A stretch of DNA of 23,506 nucleotides from Candidatus Fermentibacteraceae bacterium (GTDB lineage Bacteria > Fermentibacterota > Fermentibacteria > Fermentibacterales > JCC-6): contig JAWLEP010000039.1 in assembly GCA_041686025.1 (NCBI GenBank), forward strand, positions 1-23,506, written 5' to 3'. Position 1 is the stretch's first letter, and each line of letters starts with the position of its first letter. Below are positions 1 to 8,092 of this stretch, in pieces. A model generated the notes under the pieces. It was given only the letters and a program-made list of their open reading frames with translations, was not told where the DNA came from and ran no database searches. Made by a program: the position numbers and the translations under genes.

Positions 1-1530
1 CCGTAGGGCTCGAACAGCCACTCGTACCAGCGCTCGTTGTACTTGGGATCGACTGCTGGATCGGGAGGGGCGTCGATCTCGTACAGCGGATCGAAGCCGT
101 CCATCCAGGGCGGGATGGAGTCGGGGCGGACGTAGGAGTAGTCGTAGGTGTCATGCTCCGGCCAGCGGCCTGTGTAAACCCACTCTTCGTAGGGAGCGTC
201 AAAGGAAATCAGTTGCCGGTCCAGAAGGGCCGTACAGCCGTAGTTCCAAGTTGAATCCAACTGGTTGGGCCGTTCTATGTAGCTGCACAGGCTGTAGGGA
301 AAGATGCCCTTGGCCTGATGCAGCAGCGCCAGGTTGCACAGCATCCGGAACTCCTGCGGAGTTGGATTGCGGTACAGGTAGGAGTTGTAGTCGATTTGAG
401 GGCTCGAGCTGCACCCGTGCATCTTGGGGCCGGCGGCGGCCCCAATGGTCTGGGCGTAGAAGTAGACCGGCACCGGTTCGCCGTCCACCACGGCGTTCAT
501 CATGGTGGAGTCCATCCCCTCCTCGCAGTGCTCGATCAGGAACACCCAGTTGGTGTCGCACATGGTGGTGGTCTCCTCGTACTCGCTGTCCACGTAGCGG
601 AAGGGGTAGTAATCGATGCAGAAGAACTCCGGGGGATTGGCAAACGTGGTGTCCGGTATCACCCCTCCCTGCGGAGGAGGCTGGTACCGTGCCTGCATCA
701 GCGCCCTCACGGCCCTGCCCAGTATGCCGAAGTCACCGTAGTTGACCCCTGGCCAATCCGGATCAAACTGCCCCGGGTCTATACTGTGGAAGAACGCGAA
801 GTTCAGGGTCATGGGCACCGCATTGAGTGTATCGTGCTCCGCCAGCCATTTCTGCCAGGAGAAGATCCCCGCCGGCTCTATCTCCTCCATGCTCAGCTCG
901 CCGGAGGCGGTAGTGTCCTGGGTGTACATGTTGGGAACGTAGTCGTTCAGGGGCAACGTATCATCGGCAACGTTGCCCCACTGTCTGTTGACGGCCTCGT
1001 CGTACACCTCGAAGAACCAGAGATAGGGATGATCATAAGTATTATCGGCAAGAGTCCGCATCTCCGGTTTCAGCGCAAACTCCTCGTCGCTGTCGAACAT
1101 CTCCTCGGCGGAAGCGTAGTTGGCGATGCTCTGGGACGTGCTGTCGCTTCGGGCGAAGCAGGAGTCGGAGAGCAGGCCCATGGAGGGAGCGTGGCGGAAC
1201 CAGTAGCGGTGCGTGGTGTCTGCCCACTCCTTGTGGTACTGCTGAATGTCCGCTGCGCAGAGCGAATAGTGGATATGGGCGCTGTCGCAGCGCGACAGGA
1301 AACCGCCGAACTTCCCATCGGTGGACATCCCATGGAAATTGGTTGCATCGAAGTACTTCCAGGTGAGAGCGGCCAGGAGGGGGAGCTTCATGTCATCGTA
1401 GCCGACCTGCGGGCCTCTCATGCGGACGACCATGGTGGGCAGCGTGCCTTCAGCGAAGTCGTCGGCGTAGAGATTACCGCTTACGAGAGAGAGAGAGAAA
1501 CAAAGCGACTATTGCTGACGGGCGATTCAT
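1..1530 (-). CDS. Secreted glycoside-hydrolase-like (TIM-barrel-like) hypothetical protein; 3' end runs off the window; frameshifted in a (TC)7 tract within the signal peptide
   Basis: Absent from the ORF track because no stop lies inside the window. Manual translation of the minus strand is open from about 1508 to the edge (..VSGNLYADDFAEGTLPTMVVRMRG...WFFEVYDEA...FFCIDYYPFRY...YRNPTPQEFRMLCNLALLHQAKGIFPYS...EWLFEPY). RBS GGAAGGAG precedes the ATG at 1530, but that ATG is 1 nt out of frame with the body; the first in-frame ATG is at 1433. The YDEA, DYYP and PTxxExRxxxxxALxxxAKGI motifs resemble GH-like barrels (inference). Confidence 0.8.
1485..1498. repeat. (GA)7/(TC)7 dinucleotide simple sequence repeat
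   Basis: Directly visible as ttac-GAGAGAGAGAGAGA-aac. It lies in the signal-peptide coding region of the leftmost gene. Confidence 0.9.
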
Positions 1531-1574
1531 CTTTGCTCCTTCCAATCAGTCGAGACTGCATTCATACATATTTG

Positions 1575-1597
1575 ATTATCAACAAGATGTTGTCAAT
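1575..1597. promoter_or_regulatory. AT-rich imperfect palindrome overlapping a minus-strand TTGACA (-35-like) hexamer; candidate operator
   Basis: ATTATCAACA-AGA-TGTTGTCAAT with core CAACA-N3-TGTTG. TTGACA reads on the minus strand at 1596-1591, upstream of the ATG at 1530. No convincing -10 at 17 bp. Confidence 0.35.
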
Positions 1598-1655
1598 ATT
1601 AGGCTGATTCTCTATGGTGGCAAGCCTGTCGCGTGTTCTACAGCAGGGCTGGGTG

Positions 1656-4397
1656 TCAGTCCGCATCCAGGCTGTCGGCCAGGGCCAGGGAGCGCCTGGC
1701 CTGCTCCTGCCGGCCCAGGCCCAGCTGCGCCCGGCCCAGGGCGCGGTGGGCGGAGGCGCTCATGGGCTCGCGAGCCAGGGCGCTGTCGGCCAGCTGGCGA
1801 GCCCGGCCGTACATTCCGGCAGACGAGGAGAGCAGCGAGAGGTCGGTGAGCAGCGCCGGGGAGGGATAGTGGGTAACCTCCAGCGCCATCTCCATCATCC
1901 TCCACGCCGTGGCCCCCTCCCCCCGGTCCAGGAGTAGCCTGGCGGACTGGTGGATGGAGGCGGAGAGCCTGCGGGCCGCTATCTCCATCTCCGGACAGAC
2001 GGATACCGCACTGTCCAGCAGCTCGGCCTCCAGGGCCAGGTTGCGGCGGGCCCGGGCCGCCTCCGCCCGCAGGAAGAGCTCCGCGGCCATCCAGGCCCGC
2101 CCGAAGCCCTCCATCTCCAGGGCTTCTGCCGGAGGCCGCCTCAGGGCCAGCATCTCCTCCAGGTTGGGGGCGGTGGTGGAGTCGGCGAAGATGGCCTCCG
2201 GGGCCGTGTACTCCAGCAGCGGATGGGCGTCGGTGAACACCGGAGCCCCTGCGCAGTACTCGGCGACGCCCTCCGGGCCGGTTACCCAGGAGGCCAGGTA
2301 GACGGCGGGGTCGTCCAGGCCGAAGGGCTCCAGGTCCTCCGCCACCCCCGGCCGGGCCAGCCCGCCGAGGACGTTCAGCGGCTCCACCGGCCCCCCCTTT
2401 CTGCCCACCAGCATGGCGTCGCGGCCCAGCACCCACATGGTGGTGTTGGGGAACACGTCCAGGAAGGTGGCGGCTATCATGTGGCAGTCCCGGGGGGTCA
2501 GGTTGTACAGCGGCAGCCACTGGGCCATCAGGCCGCCGTCCTTCAGCCGGTCGCGGCAGAGAAGGTAGAAGTCCCGGGTGTACAGCGAGACCACCCCGGC
2601 CAGGGCCGGGTGCATGGGCTCCATGGTGATCACGTCGTAGCTGTGGCGGGTGGCCATGAGGTGGTTGCGGCCGTCCTCCACCAGCACCCGCACCCGGGGG
2701 TCGGCCAGGGCGTCGTGGTTGTAGGGCCCGAACAGCCGGGCGGCCTCCACCACGGTGGGGTTGATCTCTACGCAGTCCACGGAGTCCACGCAGTCGAAGA
2801 GGCTCACCGTCCCCACGGTGATGCCGGTGCCGAAGCATATGACGTTCACATCCGCAGGCGAGGGGTGCAGCAGCATGGGGAAGTAGGCCATCAGGCGGTT
2901 CTTCAGGCAGCCCTCCGGCGTGGTGGTGGTGGCCTGGCTGCCCCGGATGTCCAGCCGCAGGCTGGAGGGTGTGTCGCGGTCCTGGCTTACCTCCACCCTG
3001 CCCTCGGGGGTGTCCCGCAGCAGCAGGATGCGGGAGCCGCCGGCGGGCGGGGCGCCACCCACCAGCGTCAGCAGCACGGCGGCCGCCGCCAGCGCCGGAA
3101 CCGCCAGGGCCGCCTTGCGCCGGCGCATCACAACCATCAGGGCCGCCAGGGCCAGCAGTCCCAGAACCAGGTAGGAGAGCCGCCTTCCCAGAACCGGCAT
3201 CAGCAGGAAGGAGGCCAGCACCGAGCCGGCCACCGCGCCGGCCGTGTTGGCCGCCGCGAACCTCCCCACTCCCCCACCCGACCGACGGGGGTCGGGGGAG
3301 TAGAGGGTGGACAGCGAGGGAAACAGGGCTCCCGAGGCCAGCGTGGCGGGAAGCAGCACCAGGAAGGCGGGCAGGTACCGGGCCAGGGTCAGTCCGGCCA
3401 GACTGCCCTCTCCCATGCCGGCGAAGGCCCCCAGCCAGCGCCGCATGTACAGGCCGGTAAACGGCACCCAGACCGAGAGCACCCCCAGGCAGACCAGGGC
3501 GGTGGGCCGGGGCGGCAGCCTGAGCCTTCCCACCAGCCAGGAGCCGGCGGCTATGCCCAGGAGCACCGCCGCCAGCATGGTGGAGACGGCGTAGGTGTTG
3601 TTGAAGATCCCGCTCACCAGCGAGGAGGCCCACACCACCTCCGCGGAGAGCATCACAAAGCCCACCAGAGCCCCCGCCAGCAGCGGGCGGGGGTCGCGCC
3701 GCAGGCCCTCTTCTCCCTCACCTATCTGCCCTTGCACATCCATGCGCCCCTTCGGCAAGACCACCGTGGCGGCGAAGCCCGCAGCAGCCAGGCTCAGGGC
3801 CATGGCCACCCCCATGGTGCCGGGCAGCCCCAGCAGCGGTACCAGCAGGAAGCCGGCGGCCAGGGTGCCCGCCACCGCTCCGGCGGTATTCAGCGAGTAG
3901 ACCGAAGACAGGCCCCTCTCCACCCCCCTGGCCGGGGCCAGGCCCCTGGTGAGGACGGGGATGGTCCCCCCCATGAGCATGGTGGGGGCGGCCAGGGCAA
4001 GCAGGGCTCCGGCGAAGCGGAGGATGTTTATCCCCAGGCCCGGGCCCATGGCGCGGTAGGCCAGCGACAGCGGCCCGTCCATCAGGCCGGGCAGTGCGTA
4101 GGCCAGGGGGGCGCTGGCCAGTATCCCCAGCTGCAGGAGGGCGTATATCCTGGCCGGGCGGGCGCCGGGGCGGTCGGCCAGGGGCCCCAGCAGCCGCGAG
4201 CCCAGGGCCATGCCGCCCATGAAGGCGGCCAGGACGGCGGAGAGGGCGTAGCTGGTGGCCCCCATGTGCAGCGAGAGCTTCCGAAGCCATACGATCTGGT
4301 AGGCAAGTCCCGCCGCACCGGAGAGGAACACCGAGACCATCAGGGGCCAGGTCCTGGCGTTGGCCGCGCCCATACGCTTCTTGAGAACCGGGCTCAA
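1656..4397 (-). CDS. Fused MFS-like membrane domain / spermidine synthase-like methyltransferase fold protein with C-terminal TPR-like helices
   Basis: N-terminal SGAAGLAYQIVW and many TM helices, with repeated YSLNTAGAVAG / AANTAGAVAG. SAM-fold motifs VICFGTGITVG, VEINP, EDGRNHL, YDVITMEP and WLPLY. Ala/Leu-rich TPR-like tail. TTG start at 4397 chosen for RBS AGGAGGAG; alternative ATG at 4373. Confidence 0.88.
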   Translation of the reverse strand: MSPVLKKRMGAANARTWPLMVSVFLSGAAGLAYQIVWLRKLSLHMGATSYALSAVLAAFMGGMALGSRLLGPLADRPGARPARIYALLQLGILASAPLAYALPGLMDGPLSLAYRAMGPGLGINILRFAGALLALAAPTMLMGGTIPVLTRGLAPARGVERGLSSVYSLNTAGAVAGTLAAGFLLVPLLGLPGTMGVAMALSLAAAGFAATVVLPKGRMDVQGQIGEGEEGLRRDPRPLLAGALVGFVMLSAEVVWASSLVSGIFNNTYAVSTMLAAVLLGIAAGSWLVGRLRLPPRPTALVCLGVLSVWVPFTGLYMRRWLGAFAGMGEGSLAGLTLARYLPAFLVLLPATLASGALFPSLSTLYSPDPRRSGGGVGRFAAANTAGAVAGSVLASFLLMPVLGRRLSYLVLGLLALAALMVVMRRRKAALAVPALAAAAVLLTLVGGAPPAGGSRILLLRDTPEGRVEVSQDRDTPSSLRLDIRGSQATTTTPEGCLKNRLMAYFPMLLHPSPADVNVICFGTGITVGTVSLFDCVDSVDCVEINPTVVEAARLFGPYNHDALADPRVRVLVEDGRNHLMATRHSYDVITMEPMHPALAGVVSLYTRDFYLLCRDRLKDGGLMAQWLPLYNLTPRDCHMIAATFLDVFPNTTMWVLGRDAMLVGRKGGPVEPLNVLGGLARPGVAEDLEPFGLDDPAVYLASWVTGPEGVAEYCAGAPVFTDAHPLLEYTAPEAIFADSTTAPNLEEMLALRRPPAEALEMEGFGRAWMAAELFLRAEAARARRNLALEAELLDSAVSVCPEMEIAARRLSASIHQSARLLLDRGEGATAWRMMEMALEVTHYPSPALLTDLSLLSSSAGMYGRARQLADSALAREPMSASAHRALGRAQLGLGRQEQARRSLALADSLDAD

Positions 4398-4501
4398 ACG
4401 CTCCTCCTGCCTGTGGCTGACGGACCCGAAGCTGCAGGCCCGAAGATAACGCACACCCAAGCCCGCGGCCAAAAAGACCCCCGCCCGATCCGGAAACGGA
4501 T

Positions 4502-4646
4502 CCGGGGACGGAGTACAACTTGTACAACCAAACGCCGTATCCCCCTGCATGGCAATGGGTTGGCCACCCAAGAAAGAGGTGCTGCTAAATTGCTGCGGGC
4601 AAATGAATTGCGGAATTTAGTTGTACAAGTTGTACTCCGTCCCCGG
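4502..4646. mobile_element. 145-bp non-coding element bounded by 31-bp inverted repeats (MITE/REPIN-like or invertible segment)
   Basis: Left arm 4502-4532 CCGGGGACGGAGTACAACTTGTACAACCAAA and right arm 4616-4646 TTTAGTTGTACAAGTTGTACTCCGTCCCCGG are reverse complements at 30/31 positions. No target-site duplication seen. The repeat is certain; mobility is inferred. Confidence 0.6.
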
Positions 4647-4712
4647 GGGGGCTCTCCCGCGGGAGGGCGGCAGCCCCTATCATTGGGAAGGTGAAAAGGA
4701 AGGGAGGCGGAC

Positions 4713-6455
4713 GTGGAGAGGAACTATCCCGGAGGCCCGCTGAACGAGGTGCCGGAGTACACCAGCATCGGCTCCATGCTGGATACGGTGGCGGAGCTGT
4801 ACGGGAGAAGGGTCTTCATGAGCGAGCCCGGCGGCAGGTCCATCACCTACTCGGCGCTGCGGGAGAAGGTGCAGAAGGTGGCCCGGGGGCTGCTGGAGCT
4901 GGAGGAAAAGCCGGTGGTGGCCGTCCTGGGGGACAACGGCATCGACTGGGCCGTATCCTTCCTGGCCGCCCTGCGCTGCGGGGGCGTGGCCGTTCCCGTG
5001 GACCGGGAGCTGCCCATGGGCGAGGTCCACACCATACTCCACTACGCCGACGTCAACGTGTTCGCTTTCCACAGCCGCTTCGCCGAGGACGTGGCCGATC
5101 ACCTGGGCAGGCACGGCGACTGCATCCGCCAGGTGGTGATGAGCGGCCCTCCCGGGGAGGGGGGCATGGACACCCTGCCGGGGCTGGAGCAGAGGGGGGC
5201 CGCCTCCGAGATTCCCCTGCCCTCGGGCACCGGGGTGGACCAGCCGGCGGTGATCTCCTACACCTCCGGCACCATGGGCCGGGCCAAGGGGGTGGTGCTG
5301 ACCCAGCGCAACCTGCTCTCCGACCTGAGGGGCATGCTGCAGGCGGTGGGTCTGCGGCACGACGAGGTCTTCCTCTCCGTCCTTCCCATGCACCACATGT
5401 ACGAGTGCGTCTGCGGTTTCCTGTGTCCCCTGAGCCACGGCTGCAGCGTGGTGGTGGCCCGGGGCCTGCGGCACATAGCCGAGGACCTGGCCTCCTCCCG
5501 GGCCACGCTGATGCTCGGGGTGCCGCTTCTGTGGGAGTCCATGTACCGCCGGATAATGGACTCCATATCCGCCCAGACGCTGGGCGGGCTGAAGCTGCGG
5601 CTGGGCAAGACGGCGGCCCGGGCCGGGGAGATGGTGGGAATCTCCGATGCCCGCAGGAAGGTGTTCGGTGAGCTGCACCGCAGGCTGGGAGGCAGGATGA
5701 GGTTCCTGATATCCGGCGGCGCCGGCATCGACCCGGAGGTGGTGGAGGGCTACGCCGAGCTGGGGATGGAGCTGCTGCAGGGCTACGGTCTAACCGAGTG
5801 CTCGCCCATCGTGGCCGTGAACCGGGACACCGCCAACCGACTGGGATCGGTGGGCCCGCCGCTGCCGGCCATGGAGGTCCGGATCGACGCCCCCGACGAG
5901 GAGGGGGTGGGCGAGATCGTGGTCCGCGGCCCCAACGTGATGGTGGGCTACCACAGCCGGCCCGACCTCACGGCCGAGGTCCTCTCCGACGACGGCTGGT
6001 TCCGTACCGGCGACTTCGGAAGGCTGGACGAAGACGGCTTCCTCTGGGTCACCGGCCGCCGCAAGAACGTCATCGTGGCCAAGAACGGCAAGAACGTCTA
6101 CCCCGAGGAGCTGGAGCACGCCCTGAACCGCTCCCGGCTGGTGGCGGAGTCCATGGTGCTGGGACGGAGGTCCGAGCCCAAGGGCGAGGTGATCTGGGCC
6201 ATCGTGGTCCCTGACACCGACAGGCTGATAGAGATCGCCGAGGAGAGGGGCAGGGACCTCGACGAGGAGATGGCGGCGGAGCTGCTGCGGCGCGAGCTCA
6301 CCGCGGTGAACGGGGCCCAGCCCGTCTACCGCCGGATCGCCCGCTTCATCATCAGGACCGAGGAGCTGCCCAAGACCACCACCCGCAAGGTCAGGCGGCC
6401 GGAGGTGATGCGGGAGGCCGGCCTGCTGGAGCCGGAGAAGACCTACAGGGTCTGA
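4713..6455 (+). CDS. Long-chain fatty acid--CoA ligase (AMP-binding enzyme, FadD-like)
   Basis: Adenylate-forming motifs YTSGTMGRAKG, LPMHHMYE, GYGLTECSP, RTGDFG, GRRKNVIV, NVYPEELE and LPKTTTRKVRR. GTG start with RBS GGGAGG. Confidence 0.93.
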   Translation: MERNYPGGPLNEVPEYTSIGSMLDTVAELYGRRVFMSEPGGRSITYSALREKVQKVARGLLELEEKPVVAVLGDNGIDWAVSFLAALRCGGVAVPVDRELPMGEVHTILHYADVNVFAFHSRFAEDVADHLGRHGDCIRQVVMSGPPGEGGMDTLPGLEQRGAASEIPLPSGTGVDQPAVISYTSGTMGRAKGVVLTQRNLLSDLRGMLQAVGLRHDEVFLSVLPMHHMYECVCGFLCPLSHGCSVVVARGLRHIAEDLASSRATLMLGVPLLWESMYRRIMDSISAQTLGGLKLRLGKTAARAGEMVGISDARRKVFGELHRRLGGRMRFLISGGAGIDPEVVEGYAELGMELLQGYGLTECSPIVAVNRDTANRLGSVGPPLPAMEVRIDAPDEEGVGEIVVRGPNVMVGYHSRPDLTAEVLSDDGWFRTGDFGRLDEDGFLWVTGRRKNVIVAKNGKNVYPEELEHALNRSRLVAESMVLGRRSEPKGEVIWAIVVPDTDRLIEIAEERGRDLDEEMAAELLRRELTAVNGAQPVYRRIARFIIRTEELPKTTTRKVRRPEVMREAGLLEPEKTYRV

Positions 6456-6457
6456 GG

Positions 6458-7885
6458 CTAGCGGCGGGTGAGGCCACGGTCGGCGCCGGGCACCCTTCCG
6501 CTCCAGGTGCCTCCCCGCGGCTTCCTCTCTATCACCGCCCTCTTCCAGGTCCCCCGGGAGAACCAGAAGAAGGCCGCGGCGGAGGTGAGGATGTTGGAGA
6601 GGAACATGGCCAGCCATATCCCCTTGGGGCCCATGGCCAGCCAGCGGGCCAGCACGATGGCGGCCGGAATCCGTATCAGCCACAGGCGGGACATGTTCAG
6701 CACCATCACCGGCATGGTGTGACCCGAGCCCTGGAACGCCCCCAGTATCACCATGAAGAATCCGAAGACGAAGACCGAGGGCGAGAGGATGCGGAATAGG
6801 TCCCGGCCGTAGGCCACCACCTCGGGGTTGTCGATGAATATCTTGGATATGCCGGCTCCGTGGAAGAACATCAGGGCCGTGGCCGGCAGGAACAGGGCCC
6901 CGATTATCAGCAGGGATATCCGCACGGACCTCTCGGCCCGGTCCTTCAGACCGGCCCCCAGGTTCTGGCCGACTGCGGTGCCCGTGGCCTGCCCCAGGCC
7001 GTGGCCCGGCATCACGGCCATTCCCACTATGCGGTTGCCTATGCCGAACGCCGCCACCACCGCCGACCCGAAGGTGTTGACGATGGTTATCAGCACGGTG
7101 AAGCCCAGGGCGGTGCCCGACTGCCCCAGGGATATGGGCACGCCTATGCGGGCTATCTTCTTTATGGTGGGCAGATGGGGACGCAGGTCCGCCCTCCCCA
7201 GCCTCAGGCCGCCGTGGCCGCTGCGCAGCCGCGACAGCCCCAGGAAGCTGGCCATGGCCCGGGAGAAGACGGTGGCCACCGCCGCGCCCTCCACGCCCAT
7301 GGCCGGGAACGGGCCCAGGCCGAAGATCAGTATGGGGTCCAGGAGGACGTTCACCACGATGGTGACGAAGTTCACCTGCAGGGGCTTGAAGGTGTCGCCC
7401 AGGCCGGTGTAGATGCTCTGGTATACGAAGAAGCCGAACATGAAGGGCATGCCGCCCATGATCCAGCGGAAGTAGCCCAGCGTCTGGTCCATGGCGTCCG
7501 CCGGGGTCTGCATCAGCTGCAGTATGGGCCGCGACAGGGCCACGATGACCACCGCGAAGAAGACGGATACTACCCCCAGCACCAGAAGGGTCTGGCCCGC
7601 CGCCCGGCGCATATCGCGGGTTCGGCCCGCGCCCCGGTACTGGGCCACCAGGGTGGTCCCCCCCATCCCCAGGCCCATGCCCAGGGCCATGAAGAGGAAG
7701 ACCAGGTTCATGGTGACCGTGGGGGCCACCAGCGCGGTCTTGCCCAGCATTCCCAGCCAGAAAGCGTCCGCCAGGTTGTAGAGGGTCTGCAGCAGCGAGG
7801 AGAGCATCAGGGGCCAGGCTATGGCCACTATCCCCCCCAGCAGCGGTCCCCGCGTCAGGTCTCTTCCGGCCCGGGCCGGCGACAT
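6458..7885 (-). CDS. MATE family efflux transporter
   Basis: DLTRG..PLMLSSLLQTLYNLADAFWLG, GDTFKPL, NVLLDPILIFG, MGVEGAAVAT and GQNLGAG, with about 12 TM segments. ATG at 7885 with RBS GGGAGGG. Confidence 0.93.
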   Translation of the reverse strand: MSPARAGRDLTRGPLLGGIVAIAWPLMLSSLLQTLYNLADAFWLGMLGKTALVAPTVTMNLVFLFMALGMGLGMGGTTLVAQYRGAGRTRDMRRAAGQTLLVLGVVSVFFAVVIVALSRPILQLMQTPADAMDQTLGYFRWIMGGMPFMFGFFVYQSIYTGLGDTFKPLQVNFVTIVVNVLLDPILIFGLGPFPAMGVEGAAVATVFSRAMASFLGLSRLRSGHGGLRLGRADLRPHLPTIKKIARIGVPISLGQSGTALGFTVLITIVNTFGSAVVAAFGIGNRIVGMAVMPGHGLGQATGTAVGQNLGAGLKDRAERSVRISLLIIGALFLPATALMFFHGAGISKIFIDNPEVVAYGRDLFRILSPSVFVFGFFMVILGAFQGSGHTMPVMVLNMSRLWLIRIPAAIVLARWLAMGPKGIWLAMFLSNILTSAAAFFWFSRGTWKRAVIERKPRGGTWSGRVPGADRGLTRR

Positions 7886-7915
7886 TGTCCACCCTCCCGC
7901 ATTTGGTGAGGAGGT

Positions 7916-7939
7916 AACATACAAAATATTCTGTACGTT
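7916..7939. promoter_or_regulatory. 24-bp AT-rich palindrome upstream of the MATE gene; candidate repressor operator
   Basis: AACATACAAAAT|ATTCTGTACGTT is self-complementary at 10/12 pairs and lies about 30 bp upstream of the MATE start, in a divergent intergenic region. Confidence 0.5.
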
Positions 7940-8092
7940 GAAAATGCCTCCTGCATAACGTACCGGCGCCCCGGGCACAACGACATGACACTCCGCCGAA
8001 GCAGCTTCGGAGGGGCGGCCATTGCACAGCTTTTGCGGCTCTATTATGCCTATTCCCTGCGGCTGAAAAACGGAAAGAGGGGCAGGTGCGAG

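Noticed and set aside
318..1607. 429-aa plus-strand ORF
   Set aside because: Codon-aligned antisense shadow of the real minus-strand gene, with no recognisable motifs.
4502..4646. CRISPR array or complete IS element
   Set aside because: Only two arms in inverted orientation, with no spacer series, cas genes or transposase ORF.
1612..4694. Long ORFs 1612..3633 (-) and 1950..4694 (+), and similar ones elsewhere (4691..5671, 5790..8324, 11150..12334, 21296..23308)
   Set aside because: Alternative-frame or antisense products of GC-rich genes, rich in Gly/Arg/Pro/His and fully overlapping well-supported CDSs.
7959..7969. 11-mer CGTACCGGCGC also present at 16216-16226, both in divergent intergenic regions
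   Set aside because: Short, GC-rich and only two copies, so compatible with chance.
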